From an uncultured Phycisphaerales bacterium (lineage in GTDB: Bacteria > Planctomycetota > Phycisphaerae > Tepidisphaerales > Tepidisphaeraceae), in the NCBI GenBank assembly GCA_963755915.1, contig CAVWLP010000003.1, positions 1,152,001 to 1,216,000 of the forward strand: 64,000 bases of DNA, in the 5' to 3' direction. The position numbers were made by a program, and so were the translations under genes. The notes below the pieces were generated by a model. The model was not told the origin of the DNA and did no database searches. It was given only the letters and a program-made list of their open reading frames with translations. Shown here in pieces: positions 39,226 to 50,819 of the stretch. Numbering within the stretch: position 1 is the first letter of the stretch; every line of letters starts with the position of its first letter.

Positions 39226-41198
39226 GTAGAGTAGAGAACTGAACGACCCGATTGCCGCTCAGCTCTCCCTCTTCGAACCGGACGAGCGGGTTTCCCGCAT
39301 CCGGCTCTCACGGTATTGTTCTTCTCAAGCATTCACGGTCGGAACAGGTCGCAGGCTGATGAGGCCCAGACGCTGCAACTGTTCGTACCAGCTCCTCGCT
39401 CCGCGCACACGGAACGGACGCTGGCTGCGACGTTTAAGGTGTCGTTCCAGTCGCTCCTGCACAAATCGGTTGATCTGACGGAACGCCTTGCGCGGATAGC
39501 CTTTGCCGAAGTAGTTGGCCCATCCTCTCAGGTGCTCGTTGATCTGTACGATCAACGCCGGGATGGGCACAAAGCCTGCTTCGGGTCCGGTCATCTCCCG
39601 CAATTTGTCCCGCTCACGCTGCATCGACTTGCTCGAAGGACAGAGGTTCAGATAACGCCCCGGCCCGCCTTGCAGGCTCCGGTCGTACCGGAACCTGTAC
39701 CCGAGAAAGTTCAGACTTTCGCCCGGCTCTTTCAACTTCACCGTGCGGGTCTTGTCGGTGTTGATCGTCAGATCAAACCGGCCTTGCAGCGTGCGTTCCA
39801 CGAACTGCTTGATCTGAGGGCCTATATACCTTGCCATGATGACAAAGTCGTCGGCGTACCGGATCAGCCGGGCGTTCGCCCAGCGATGCGGGCCATCGGA
39901 TCGGTGGAACAATTTATCAAACCAGTGCAGATATAGGTTGGCCAGCAGCGGCGAGATCACTCCGCCCTGCGGCGTTCCCTGTTTGCTCCGGGTGACTTTC
40001 GGTGGATCGCCGGGCTTCTCGCCTTCTTCGACGATCACCGCCTTCAGCCACATCCGGATCAGCTTCAGCACGCTTCCGTCCGTGATCCGCTTCTGGACAC
40101 ACGCCATCAGTTTCTCATGGGGAATCGTGTCGAAGTACGACTGCAAATCCGCGTCATACACTTCCCTTCGGCCCTGCTGGAGGTTTTGCTTGATCGCCTC
40201 CAGCGCATCGTGAGCCGAGCGACCGGGACGGAATCCATACGAACAGTCCAGGAAATCCGCCTCGAAGATCGGCTCGATGAGCAGCAGCACCGCCATCTGC
40301 ACCACGCGATCTCGGATCGTGGGGATGCCCAATGGACGCCGCTTGCCGTTGGCTTTGGGAATGTACACGCGCTTCACCGGCTGCGGGCGGTAGGTGCGGG
40401 TCTTGAGCGATTCTTCGATCTCGCTCAGGAATCCACTGACGCCGTGCTCGGAGTTTTGCACCTTCTCGATGCTCACCCCGTCCAAGCCGGGCGCCCCGCC
40501 GTTGGCGGACACCCGGTCCCACGCCGCTTCCAGAACATCGCGCCGGCAGATCCGGTCGTACAAGGTGTAAAACCGAAACCCCGGTTCCCGCTTGGCTTTG
40601 AGGTATAGCTTCTGTCTCAGAAGAAAGACTTTCCCCGGCAGACCCCTGGAGTTCACCCTCAGGTGCTCCGGCAAGTCTGTCGGATCATCCGTACTGTCAG
40701 GTTGTCCCTGCAAGCGGGCCTCTCTTCTTCTTACTTCCGCTCGATACCGTCAGGGCTCCTTGGCTCGCGGCAGGCTTCGCCTCCGCTCACGGGCATTACC
40801 CCGCTTCTCAGCTACTATGAGCCCATCCGACTCCCCACGCTTCCCGTCCCTTGGTTATGTCTTTCCAACGAGCCGCACAACGATGCGTGGGGTCTCTCAG
40901 TTCCCGATCTTGTCTGTCGGCACGCGCCGTCCCCATCGACCCCGAGGAGCCGGACGATTGCTCGCACCCGCTGCTTCATCGTCCGCGCCGGCTTGGCCCT
41001 CTCTGACGGGTTGGCCACTCCCATTGGCGTAACGAGGCTGGTTTGGGTTCGCTTAACGCTACGGCTCGCGCCTTCGCCTTCCGGGGCTTCGCGCGACCGA
41101 TTGCTCCGTCGTCACGCCCGGGCGGCTACACGGCTAACGGGTCATTCCATGGTGAACTCCTTTCAGTTCACAAGACAAAACCGGTTTCACTGACGCAC
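39226..41198 (-). mobile_element. Group II intron, complete (~1.97 kb)
   Basis: 5' GTGCG at 41198; domain V GAGCCGGATGCGGGAAACCCGCTCGTCCGGTTC; domain VI ending CTCTAC at 39226; flanks rejoin into one palindrome. Confidence 0.9.
39325..40713 (-). CDS. ltrA: Group II intron reverse transcriptase/maturase, no endonuclease domain
   Basis: [56 protein letters not shown]. Confidence 0.95.
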   Translation of the reverse strand: MQGQPDSTDDPTDLPEHLRVNSRGLPGKVFLLRQKLYLKAKREPGFRFYTLYDRICRRDVLEAAWDRVSANGGAPGLDGVSIEKVQNSEHGVSGFLSEIEESLKTRTYRPQPVKRVYIPKANGKRRPLGIPTIRDRVVQMAVLLLIEPIFEADFLDCSYGFRPGRSAHDALEAIKQNLQQGRREVYDADLQSYFDTIPHEKLMACVQKRITDGSVLKLIRMWLKAVIVEEGEKPGDPPKVTRSKQGTPQGGVISPLLANLYLHWFDKLFHRSDGPHRWANARLIRYADDFVIMARYIGPQIKQFVERTLQGRFDLTINTDKTRTVKLKEPGESLNFLGYRFRYDRSLQGGPGRYLNLCPSSKSMQRERDKLREMTGPEAGFVPIPALIVQINEHLRGWANYFGKGYPRKAFRQINRFVQERLERHLKRRSQRPFRVRGARSWYEQLQRLGLISLRPVPTVNA

Positions 41199-41276
41199 CA
41201 GAGGCGCTGAGAAAGACGAAAACAGGTATCCTTTCTGTGCGACTCTGCGCCTCTGCGTGATCATTTTCGGGGTGTT

Positions 41277-42434
41277 ATGCGTGTAAGATTGGGCTTCGTA
41301 TTGGTGGGACTATTGGTGTTGGGATGTGGTGATTCATTGTGCGCGGATTCGAGCTTGCCGGCGGGCGGGTTTTTGCTGGGGGCGGATATTTCGGCGCTGG
41401 GGCAGTTGGAGGGACGCGGGACGGTGTTCAGCGACGGGGGGAAAAATGAGGATGCCATCGCGATCTTCCGGCGGCATGGGTGGAACTGCTTTCGACTGAG
41501 ACTGTTTGTGAATCCGAACGGGCGCGGGGGGACGGTGAATACGCTGGAATATACGCGGGCACTGGCAAAGAGGATTCGGGGGGTGGGGGCGACGTTTATC
41601 CTGGATATTCATTATTCGGATACCTGGGCCGACCCGCAGCACCAGGTGAAGCCGGCGGCGTGGAAGAATTTGAGCTTTGAGGAGCTGCAGGGGGCGGTGG
41701 AGAAATATACGGCGGATGTGCTGGGGGATTTGAAGAAGAATGATGCGCTGCCGCAGATCGTTCAGGTTGGGAATGAGATTACCGGGGGAACGCTTTGGCC
41801 GGATGGGCAGGTGAGGGTGCCGGTTTCGACGGTGAAGGTGTATGACGCGACGGTAAAGCCGGTGAAGGTGACGGAGCCTTATGATGATGCGGCGCAGTGG
41901 GACCGGTTTTGCAGAATACTTCGCGCGGGGATTCGAGGGGTGAGGGAAGCGACAGTTTCGGCGGATGGGGTGAGGGTGATGATTCATATCGACTGCGGAG
42001 GGGATTGGCCGGTGACGAAATGGTTCTTCGATCATCTGCGCGAGCACCAGGTTGATTATGACATTATCGGGCAGAGTTATTACCCGTACTGGCATGGGAC
42101 GCTGGAAAATGTGCGGGAGAATTTGCGGGAGACGGCGCTGCGGTATCAGAAGGATATCGTGATCGTGGAGACGGCTTATCCGTGGAAGGATGCGGGGAGA
42201 TGGGCGTCGCGGAAGAATATGGCTTGGGGGATTTCGGCGCAGGGGCAGATGCAATTTATGCATGATCTTATTTCAGCGGTGCGGGAGACGCCGGGGGGAC
42301 ATGGGACGGGGGTGATTTACTGGCATCCGGAATCGATGGCAATTCCGAATAGGACGGGGGTGCAGTGGAATGGGGGGGATATGGCTTTGTTTGATGAGAA
42401 GGGGGTTGCGTTGCCGGCGTTGGTTGATGAATAG
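41277..42434 (+). CDS. GH53 endo-beta-1,4-galactanase
   Basis: GADIS, RLRLFVNP, DIHYSDTWADP, QVGNEI, SYYPYWHG, VETAYP, YWHPE. Confidence 0.93.
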   Translation: MRVRLGFVLVGLLVLGCGDSLCADSSLPAGGFLLGADISALGQLEGRGTVFSDGGKNEDAIAIFRRHGWNCFRLRLFVNPNGRGGTVNTLEYTRALAKRIRGVGATFILDIHYSDTWADPQHQVKPAAWKNLSFEELQGAVEKYTADVLGDLKKNDALPQIVQVGNEITGGTLWPDGQVRVPVSTVKVYDATVKPVKVTEPYDDAAQWDRFCRILRAGIRGVREATVSADGVRVMIHIDCGGDWPVTKWFFDHLREHQVDYDIIGQSYYPYWHGTLENVRENLRETALRYQKDIVIVETAYPWKDAGRWASRKNMAWGISAQGQMQFMHDLISAVRETPGGHGTGVIYWHPESMAIPNRTGVQWNGGDMALFDEKGVALPALVDE

Positions 42435-42470
42435 CGTGGACCTATTTAACGCGGAGAATTTTTTTACACG

Positions 42471-42511
42471 GCCCTCACCCCGGCCCTCTCCCGGAGTACC
42501 GGGCGAGGGGG
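42471..42511. repeat. Long REP palindrome family; copies at 48070-48110, 60022-60062, 63924-63964, degenerate 38134-38173, and split and inverted at 4635-4651/6475-6498
   Basis: GCCCTCACCCC(T/G)GCCCTCTCCCGGAGTACCGGGAGAGGGGG consensus. Confidence 0.9.
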
Positions 42512-44961
42512 AAGGAGGGGGAGTGGTTTTCGGTGGTGGGGATTTCGAGGTGGGCGGGGGTTAGGGCGAAGGCGGTGGCTTTGAGGGTGATTTTTCCGGG
42601 GCGTTTGCCGGACTGGAGAAGGATGGTGGCGATGCCGGCTTCGGTGGGTGCGGGGTTGGGGCCGATTAATTTGGCGTCGCCGGTGACGGAGAATTCGACG
42701 GATTCGTCGGAGAGGGGGCAGGGGGTGCCGCGGGCGTCGAGGATGTTGGCGTGGAGGCGGATCCAGTCGGAGCCGTCGGCGGTGAGGGTTTTGCCGCAGA
42801 AATCGGGGCGAAGCTCAAGGGCGCGAGGGCGCCGGGGGGATGGACGACGTGGGAGGCGACGACGATGCCGCCGGTGATTCCTTCGGCGAGGACTTCAAGC
42901 GGGGGGTTTTCTACGCGGGCTACGCCGGTCATATACATGGTGGATTGTTCGTGGGCGAAGCAATCGACGTGGAAGGTGAAAGGGGGATGGGGGATGGACC
43001 AGCCGGGGTCGGGGCGTTTGCGGGCGATTTCGCGGCCGTCGACGCAGAGGCGGACTTCGTCGCAGTTGCTGAAGACGGTGACGGTTGTGGGAGAGAGGAA
43101 AGTGGCGTAGTTGGCGATGAAGACCATGGGGCCGTCGCTGAGGCCGGGGACGTGGATTTCGGGGGCGCTGGCTTTGGAAAAAGTAGTAGCTGAATTTGGG
43201 GAGGCGGAAGAGGTCGAGGACGCCGCCGAAGAAGGGCTGGCGATGGTAGCCGCGCTGGCAGTCGATGCCGGCCCAGAGGTTGGCGCCACCGAGGCGATTG
43301 AAGTCGGCACCGCGGGCGTGGTTGCAGCGGCCGGAGATGATTTCGTCGAGGCGCGAGGCGTGGGAGGTTGCCTGGATGAGGAGCGGGGTTTCGCCCCAGG
43401 CGCGGGGGACTCGGCTGCGGGATTGCTGGTCGGACCAGTTGTCGACGTGGTCGCCCCACTCGCGGATCCAGGTTGGTTTTGTACCGTCGCCGCGAAGGTA
43501 GTCGACGTCCCAGGCTTGGCCGTCTTTTTCGCGATCGCCGGCGGTGAAGCACTGGTCGCCGGGATATTCTTCGTGGATGGCCTGCTGGAGGCGGGGGAGG
43601 ATTGGGCGGTTGTCGGATTCGTTGAGCGCGGCTTCCCAGAGGATGACAGAGGGGTGATTGCGGTCGCGGCGGACCATAAGCCGGGCGTTGGCGACGGCGC
43701 GGTCCTGGAATTTCTCCCCACCGACGAATTGCCAGCCGGGGTTGGAGACGATGGCGAGCATGCCGAGCTCGTCGCAGGCGTCGAGGAAGGAGACGGCCTG
43801 GGGGTAGTGGCTGCGGTAGGAAGTGAAGCCGGCCTCGCGGAGTTTTTTGACGTCGCGGTATTGGGCGCTGTCGGGCATGGCGTAGCCGACAAAGGGATGG
43901 TCCTGGTGACGGTTGGCGCCAATGGAAAAGATTTTTTTGTCGTTGATGAGGAGGCCCTGCTTGGGGTCGAAACAGATTCGGCGGATTCCGATGCGGGTGG
44001 AGATTTCGTCGACGGGAGCGCCGTTGCCGAAGACGCGGGTTTTGAGGGTGTGGAGATGCGGGTGATGCGGGTGCCAGAGGCGCGGGGTCGTGACTTCGAT
44101 GTTGTGGACGAAGGTGGAGTCGGACTGCGGCTCGATGGCGCGGGCGGAGGCGGCGCGGGCGACGAGTCGGCCGGTGGGGTCGAGAAGTTCCTGGACGACG
44201 AGGCAGTGTTTCGATTCCGGGGATTGGTTGCGGACGTCGGTTTTGATTTCGACGGCGGCGGAGTGTTCGGAGACGCGCGGAAAGGTGACGAAGACCCCCC
44301 CACCGGCGACGCGCTGATCGAGGATTGCGTCGGAAATGTGCAGCGGGTCCATGACTTCGAGGCGGACGTTGCGGTAGAGGCCGCCGAAGTAGGTGAAATC
44401 GAGTTCGTGCTGGAGCTTGCCGGGAGGGACGTCGGGGTTGTCGCGATTGTCGAGGCGGACGGCGAGGCGATTGGCGGTGGGACCAAAATCGAGCTCACGC
44501 GTGAGGTCGATGGCGAAGGGGAGGTAGCCGCAGTGGTTGGTGGCGATTTTGCGGCCGTTTAACCAGACATCGGCGACCTGCATGGCGCCTTCGAAATTGA
44601 GATAGATGATGCGGCCTTTCCATTCGGGAGGAATGTTCAGCTCGCGGAAATAGCAGCAGATTCCCTGGAAATTTCGGCCGCCGCTGGCGTTGAGAGGCTC
44701 AATGCGGACGGAATGGGGGAGATTGACCTGCTCCCAATCGGAGGATTGCAAAGAGTCGACGGCGGCGAAATCGTGGGACTGTGCATCGCGCTCGAATCTC
44801 CGGAAGCGCCAATCCTGATTGAGGGAGAAGACGAGGCGCGGGGCGGACGCGTTGGCGACGGCGAGAGCTTCGAGGGTTTTGTCGAGACGACGAACGACGG
44901 GAAGCTTTTTGCGCGGCGCGGCCGGCTTTCGGCGGGAGACATCGCTGAGGGATCTGGCCAA
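42475..44961 (-). CDS. GH2 beta-galactosidase-like (frameshifts near 43160 and 42830)
   Basis: FEGAMQ, GYLPF, YFGGLYR, GANRHQD, RSHYP, RDRNHPSVILWE..LNE; shifted frames give FSNCDEVRL and ADGSDW; the last frame reads into the REP and stops at 42475. Confidence 0.88.
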
Positions 44962-44964
44962 GGT

Positions 44965-46086
44965 TCAGCTCCCGTTCTGTCCATAGGAATCGAGCGCCGG
45001 GAGCGCGTTGCCCGCCTGGTCGAATAATGCTTCGTAGCCATGTCTCCAGACGTGCGGAAGGCCCGGGGCGGGAATTGCTTCGGGATACCAGTATATAAAT
45101 CCGATGCCGTGGTTTCCAGGCGCGGCTTTGAGGGCGGCGGTCAGATCGTGCAGGTATTGCTTCTGGCCATCGGGGGTCTGGGGCCACTGGAGGGTGGCGA
45201 GGCCAATTTTGTCGGGGAGGGCTTTCCAGGGGTAACTGGTTTCGGCGAGGACCACGTCTTTACCACTAATGGAGACGGCGTCGATGAGGTTCTGCTTCAG
45301 GACGTCGAAGGAATCGTTCCAGGCGGGGTAGAAGCTGAGGCCGAGGATGTCGTAGTCGGCGGGGTCGATTTTGAATTTGCCGAGGAAATATTTGGCCATG
45401 CCTTCCAGGCCACCACCGTGGATGTGGATGACAATACGGATGGGGTGCTCGGGGGTTTGGGCTTCGCGGACGGCTTTGCAGCCGGCGTCGACAAGCTGGG
45501 CAAAATGATTCCAGTGGAGGTCTTCAGTGCCGGGTGGGACATCGAGGACCTGGCCCTGTGGCCAGAGCATGCCGGCGGTGATTTCGTTGCCAACCTGGAC
45601 CCAGTCGGGCGGGGTGCCGGCGGCGGCGAGGGTTTTGAGGACGTTGGCAGTGTAGTCGTGAACTTTCTGGCGGAGGTCGTCGAAATTCAGGTTCTTCCAG
45701 TGCTCGGGGGTAAATTGCTTGCCGGGGTCGGCCCAGGTGTCGGAGTAGTGGATATCGAGGAGGAAAAGGGCGCCGGTGCCCTTGATGCGGCCGGCGAGGC
45801 CGCGGACGTAATTGAGGTCCTGGACGGCGCCGTCGGTTTTGGCGTAGGAGGGGTTGGGGTTGACGAAGAGCCGGACGCGGAAGAGGTTGCAGCCGCCCGA
45901 GCGCATGATCTGGAGGGCGTCGCCGGGATGGTTGTGATCGCGGAAGACAGCGCCGGAGGTTTCGAGGGTGGGGAGCATGGAGATGTCGGCGCCGGTGATG
46001 AAGGATTGGTCGGCGGCGCCGGCGGATTGGGATAGCAGCAAGCCGCAGAGAATTGTCGGGATGACGTGAGCGAGTCTCATGGGCAT
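44965..46086 (-). CDS. GH53 endo-beta-1,4-galactanase
   Basis: Signal peptide, GADIS, DIHYSDTWADPGKQ, QVGNEI, AETSYP, YWYPE. Confidence 0.93.
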   Translation of the reverse strand: MPMRLAHVIPTILCGLLLSQSAGAADQSFITGADISMLPTLETSGAVFRDHNHPGDALQIMRSGGCNLFRVRLFVNPNPSYAKTDGAVQDLNYVRGLAGRIKGTGALFLLDIHYSDTWADPGKQFTPEHWKNLNFDDLRQKVHDYTANVLKTLAAAGTPPDWVQVGNEITAGMLWPQGQVLDVPPGTEDLHWNHFAQLVDAGCKAVREAQTPEHPIRIVIHIHGGGLEGMAKYFLGKFKIDPADYDILGLSFYPAWNDSFDVLKQNLIDAVSISGKDVVLAETSYPWKALPDKIGLATLQWPQTPDGQKQYLHDLTAALKAAPGNHGIGFIYWYPEAIPAPGLPHVWRHGYEALFDQAGNALPALDSYGQNGS

Positions 46087-46089
46087 GTC

Positions 46090-46604
46090 TTAGTAAACAA
46101 AAAGCTGGTCGACAACCGACCCATCGGGAGATTTAATCGAGAACACGTCATTTGCGCGGGTCGGCGTATGGCAGCCAATCGTTATTCGGCCGGGGACGCT
46201 TTACCATCATGCCCGATTCGATAAACCATCGCTCGTGGAGCAAACCCACAGTATTGGGCGGTTGTCCTTTGGACTGAGCGTCGGCGAAGGCTGCCTCCAA
46301 CCGTTTTTTTGCGTCTGGGTTGTATTTGGCCAGATAGGCGCAGAATGATTTATCTCCGTTGTCGTAGGTATAGACTTCGGCAATCACGGCGGTTTTACCG
46401 TTATGATCGAATGGCGCGACTTTATAGGTGCTATCCTCGAACCAGGTCTGGCCATCATCATCAGAATAATAGGTCATGGCGATATTTGGTTTTTTCTGAG
46501 GCCAGAATTGAAAGGCGAGAGAGACCGCGGCAACAAGAATCAAGCCGCAGCCGATGGCGACGGACAACCCCTTTCGGACCCCTAAGAGCGCTGCGAATAA
46601 ACAT
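46090..46604 (-). CDS. Single-TM hypothetical protein following the pilin-like gene (probable frameshifts near 46570 and 46157)
   Basis: Core ORF 46148-46567 (YYSDDDGQTWF...PFDHNGK.AV.A.VY); ATG at 46604 and tail NDVFSIKSPDGSVVDQLFVY* lie in adjacent frames. Confidence 0.65.
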
Positions 46605-46614
46605 AAATCGCCGA

Positions 46615-47625
46615 TTACTTTGGATTCAGGCAGATGTCCTGGGCGACCACTGTGCCCAAAGCCCTACTCTCCACATGTCCGTCACCGAAAAGGAAATTGG
46701 CTGAAGTGTTGTTCAGGTGACGAAACCGCATGTTGCAGGTTGCAAAACCGAACTGTCCGTTCCAGGTGTTGTTGGAGTAGTCGGAGTTTGCTAATTGCAG
46801 GTAGGATTTTGTCACGGTTCCAGCGGTGATGCTGCTGGCCTTGGATCCCGGGTACCAGGTGGGGTCGCCGAGGGAAATCGGATTGCTGTAATCGGCGGGC
46901 GTAAATTGAGAGGGAACCGCTGGATTGGGATAGCATAATCCATGCCCGTCTGTCGCCTGATAATTATCGACCGTGCCAGAATAGACGGGGGTGCAACCGA
47001 AATTAGTACCCTGACCCAGATTGCATGCACCACACCACATCACCATCACCTGGGCCGGATGCCGGATAGAGGTGAATTTTCGCACCGGATAGGTGACGAG
47101 GCCTGATGGGGTGCCGACCGCGGCTGAATATCCACCGAAGTAAGGATCCCAGAGTTGCGACTGGTTATTCAATATCCCAAACGCTCTTGCGTTCGCAACG
47201 TAGGCGGTGGCGTGGGCATACCAGGGCTCACCGCCCACATCAAGGTCCTGAAATACGGCTGAGTCCTGTGCGGGCTCAAGCATATAGGCATAGGTCTGGG
47301 ACGTGGCAGTAATCGGCGTGGTTGGCTGTTGCGGAAAGCCCGGAGGCGGCGGATTGGTTTTGTTGTTGAGAAGGGTCAGGGTATCCGCGTAGGTTGTGTA
47401 GTAGTAGCCGTCATATGCTGCTGGACCATATCCCTGATTCTCGTTGACATAAATCAGGAGCATCTGTCCGATGGTTCGCAGATTCGATTGACACTCGAGG
47501 GAATTCGCCTGCTGCCGGGCCTTTTGCAGGGCCGGCAGGAGAACCGAGATCAGCAGGGCAATAATGCCGATGACCACCAGGAGTTCAACCAGTGTGAAAC
47601 CCTCTGCCGACCTCGCTCGCCGCAT
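46615..47625 (-). CDS. Prepilin-type / H-X9-DG protein
   Basis: [55 protein letters not shown]. Confidence 0.92.
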   Translation of the reverse strand: MRRARSAEGFTLVELLVVIGIIALLISVLLPALQKARQQANSLECQSNLRTIGQMLLIYVNENQGYGPAAYDGYYYTTYADTLTLLNNKTNPPPPGFPQQPTTPITATSQTYAYMLEPAQDSAVFQDLDVGGEPWYAHATAYVANARAFGILNNQSQLWDPYFGGYSAAVGTPSGLVTYPVRKFTSIRHPAQVMVMWCGACNLGQGTNFGCTPVYSGTVDNYQATDGHGLCYPNPAVPSQFTPADYSNPISLGDPTWYPGSKASSITAGTVTKSYLQLANSDYSNNTWNGQFGFATCNMRFRHLNNTSANFLFGDGHVESRALGTVVAQDICLNPK

Positions 47626-47675
47626 GGGACGCTCCTGTTCAAGATGGACGAAGTGCCTTACCCTCATTGCGGTTA

Positions 47676-47740
47676 ATTTTACCTCGTCGGAAACCGGGTA
47701 ATATCTATAACTGCGAATAATCTCTTCAACTTTGCGACAG
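47676..47740 (-). promoter_or_regulatory. Tandem operator + -10 element, site 2
   Basis: Minus strand CTGTCGCAAAGTTGAAGAGATTATTCGCAGTTATAGA; TAAAAT at offset +59. Confidence 0.7.
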
Positions 47741-48121
47741 GGGCGGGGGCGGAAATTCGAAACTGGAAACTCGGAGGCCCGGACGCCTCCGGGGCGTACT
47801 CGCCGATTGCGGCGCCAGATGATCCATTGGGCCGTCCGCGGCTCCGACGAATAAAACTTGAAATTCGAAAGAACACCGTGGAACTCCTTTTGATCTTTTC
47901 GTCATTTGGTCGTCCGTATTTGATACGAATTTCGCTCTTTCGAAGTTTTGGTTTCATATTGCGGGGGTGGCGCGGGGAGGGGTTTTGTTCGCAATTGCGG
48001 GCGGTGGTGGAAGAGAATTGATGTCGTGATGATCCGGCAGAATCGCGGGTGGTCCGAGATTTTTTCACGGCCCTCACCCCTGCCCTCTCCCGGAGTACCG
48101 GGAGAGGGGGTAGGAGGGGGT

Positions 48122-50683
48122 ATGCTCTGGGCCCTCTTGCCAGTCCTTGCTCTTTGGTCATTATTTGCGGCAAGGACGATGGCGGACGACTCACCACGAT
48201 TGCGATCCTCGATGGATTTTGGGTGGAAGTTTTTTGCGGGGGATACTGAAGGGGCGCAGGGGGCTGGGTTTGATGATTCGAAGTGGGAGGGCGTGGATTT
48301 GCCACATGATTGGAGCATCTACGGGGCGTTCGATCAGAATGCGGCGAGCGGGGGTGGCGGGGGTTATTTGCCAACTGGGGTGGGGTGGTATCGGAAGACG
48401 TTTGTGGCGCCGGACAGTTTTCGGGGGCGGCTGGTGCGGGTGGAGTTTGATGGGGTTTATGAGAACAGCGAGGTTGGGATCAATGGGCATTTTCTGGGGA
48501 GACGGCCGTTTGGGTATATCGGGTTTGCGTATGAGGTTGGGACGTATTTGAATTTCGGGGGGCGGGGGAATGTGATCGCGGTGCGGGTGGATAATTCGTT
48601 TCAGCCGAACTCGCGGTGGTATAGCGGGTCGGGGATAGACCGGCATACGTGGCTGAGCGTGACGGATTTTCTGGCGATCGAGCCGGGAGGGATTTTTGTT
48701 GATACGCCGGTGGTGTCGGCGGATTTGGGGGTGATTCAAGTGGCGACGGAAATCGCGAACCGGCGAGGTGAGGGGGCAAAGTTTACACTGATCTCTACCT
48801 TGGTGGATGGGGATGGGAATGAGGTGCAGTCGGCGAGTTCGCAGGATGAGCTGGAGGCGGGGGAATCGGGGAAGATCACGCAGCAGATTCGGGTGGAGAA
48901 CCCGAGGCTCTGGTCGGTCGGGGATCCGTATGTTTATACGCTGCGGAGCGAGGTGCGGGTGGGGGATGAGGTGGTGGACCGGGTGCAGACGCCATTTGGA
49001 ATTCGCTCGGCGGTGTTTGATGTGGGCCGGGGATTTTTGCTGAATGGAATTCCCGTGAAGTTGAACGGGGTGTGTTTGCACGGAGATGGCGGGAGCGTGG
49101 GAGCGGCGGTGCCGGTGGGGGTTTGGCGGAGAAGGCTGGAGCTTTTGAAACAGATGGGGTGCAACGCGATACGGACGAGCCATAATCCGCCGGCGCCGGA
49201 GTTTCTGGATTTGTGCGATCGGATGGGATTTGTGGTGATGGATGAGGCGTTTGACGAATGGACTGCGGGGAAGACGCCGGGGGGATATCACCGATTTTTT
49301 GATGAGTGGTCGCAGCGGGACCTGGTGGATTTCATTCGGCGGGACCGGAATCATCCGTGCGTGGTGCTGTGGAGCGCGGGGAATGAGATTCAGGAGCAGG
49401 TGTTGCCGGGGGGAGCGGATGTGCTGAGGCCGCTGGTGGAGACGTTTCATCGGGAGGATCCGACGCGGCCGGTGACGGCGGCGTGCGACAAGATTTTCGC
49501 GGAGCCGATCAGTGCGCCGCCGGAGTTTGCGGGGCTGCTGGATGTGGTGGGATATAACTATGTGGATCGGTGGCTGGAGCGCGCGGGGACGTATTACAGC
49601 GAGGATCGCGAGCGATTTCCGGAGCGAAGATTTGTGGGGACGGAGAGCGTTTCGATGGGGGGAATTCGGGGGGATTATCGGGGGTGGTTTGCGGGAGCAT
49701 CAACGCAGCCGGCGGCGGAAGTCGTGTTGCCGCCGACAACAATGCCGGGGGGATTGACGGGCGTTGGGCGAAGACGGTTTCGCCCCCCACCGCCGACGAA
49801 TCGGCAGGTGGATGTGGAGCAGCTTTACAAGTTTGTGCGGACGAACGATTACGTTTCCGGGGATTTCATGTGGACGGGGATTGATTACCTGGGGGAGGCG
49901 TTCTGGCCGGCGCAGAGCGCGAGCTTTGGGGTGCTGGACACGTGCGGGTTTAAGAAGGACGGATATTATTTTTATCAGAGCCAGTGGACGACGACGCCGA
50001 TGGTGCATTTGTTTCCGCACTGGAACTGGAGGGGGCATGAAGGGGAGATTATTCCGGTGATCGCGTATACGAATTGCGATACGGTGGAGCTGGTGGTGAA
50101 CGGGAAATCGTTTGGGGTAAAGGGGTATGAATTTCCGCGGCGGGGGATGATGGAGGATTACGGGAATTATCCGCCGCGGGCGCGGGAGGTGAGAACGACG
50201 GCGGATTTGCACCTGGAGTGGGATGTGCCGTATGAGGCGGGGACGGTGCGGGCGATTGGGAAGATCAACGGGAAGGTTGTGGCGACAGAGGAGATTCAGA
50301 CCACGGGGGATGCGGCGGGCGTGGTGATATCGGCGGATAAGAATGTGATGGGCGCGGATGGGCGCGATGTGGTGCATATCACCGCTTCGATCGTGGACGG
50401 CGAGGGGAGGATGGTTCCAACGTCCGATAACGAAGTGACCTTTGACATCCAGGGCCCGGGGAAATTGATCGGGGTGGATAACGGGAATCCGGTAGATCAC
50501 GCGGGGTTTAAGGTGAATCACTGCAAGGCGTTTGGGGGGCTTTGCCTGGCGATTGTGCAGGCGACGCGAGATGGCGGGGTGATCCGGATCAGCGCGTCTT
50601 CGCCGGGGTTGAAGGGGGCGGGGATCGAGATTTTGTCGAAGGCGGTGGAGAGAGATAGGGAGCAAGATTCGTTCATTCCTTAA
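48122..50683 (+). CDS. GH2 beta-galactosidase-like, secreted
   Basis: AGGAGG RBS; LPHDWSI, FDGVY, SRWYSGSGI, IRTSHNPP, RDRNHPCVVLWSAGNE, WTGIDYLGE, GVDNGNP. Confidence 0.93.
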   Translation: MLWALLPVLALWSLFAARTMADDSPRLRSSMDFGWKFFAGDTEGAQGAGFDDSKWEGVDLPHDWSIYGAFDQNAASGGGGGYLPTGVGWYRKTFVAPDSFRGRLVRVEFDGVYENSEVGINGHFLGRRPFGYIGFAYEVGTYLNFGGRGNVIAVRVDNSFQPNSRWYSGSGIDRHTWLSVTDFLAIEPGGIFVDTPVVSADLGVIQVATEIANRRGEGAKFTLISTLVDGDGNEVQSASSQDELEAGESGKITQQIRVENPRLWSVGDPYVYTLRSEVRVGDEVVDRVQTPFGIRSAVFDVGRGFLLNGIPVKLNGVCLHGDGGSVGAAVPVGVWRRRLELLKQMGCNAIRTSHNPPAPEFLDLCDRMGFVVMDEAFDEWTAGKTPGGYHRFFDEWSQRDLVDFIRRDRNHPCVVLWSAGNEIQEQVLPGGADVLRPLVETFHREDPTRPVTAACDKIFAEPISAPPEFAGLLDVVGYNYVDRWLERAGTYYSEDRERFPERRFVGTESVSMGGIRGDYRGWFAGASTQPAAEVVLPPTTMPGGLTGVGRRRFRPPPPTNRQVDVEQLYKFVRTNDYVSGDFMWTGIDYLGEAFWPAQSASFGVLDTCGFKKDGYYFYQSQWTTTPMVHLFPHWNWRGHEGEIIPVIAYTNCDTVELVVNGKSFGVKGYEFPRRGMMEDYGNYPPRAREVRTTADLHLEWDVPYEAGTVRAIGKINGKVVATEEIQTTGDAAGVVISADKNVMGADGRDVVHITASIVDGEGRMVPTSDNEVTFDIQGPGKLIGVDNGNPVDHAGFKVNHCKAFGGLCLAIVQATRDGGVIRISASSPGLKGAGIEILSKAVERDREQDSFIP

Positions 50684-50690
50684 TTGGCGA

Positions 50691-50756
50691 TTGTCGCAAA
50701 ATCGAAGTATTTGTTCGCAAGTATTCATGGAGCGGAAGAAATCGGGGGCGTACCCT
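50691..50756 (+). promoter_or_regulatory. Tandem operator + -10 element, site 3
   Basis: TTGTCGCAAAATCGAAGTATTTGTTCGCAAGTATTCA; TACCCT at offset +60. Confidence 0.7.
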
Positions 50757-50819
50757 GTGAGCAGCGCGAAATCGGCGCCGGTCTCTCGGCGTATCGACGG
50801 ATACCGTTTCGGAGGGTTT

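Noticed and set aside
39325-40713. RT as a retron, DGR or defence RT; intron as class IIC
   Set aside because: Maturase domain, GTGCG start and domains V/VI show a group II intron; full-length domain V with AGC argues against IIC
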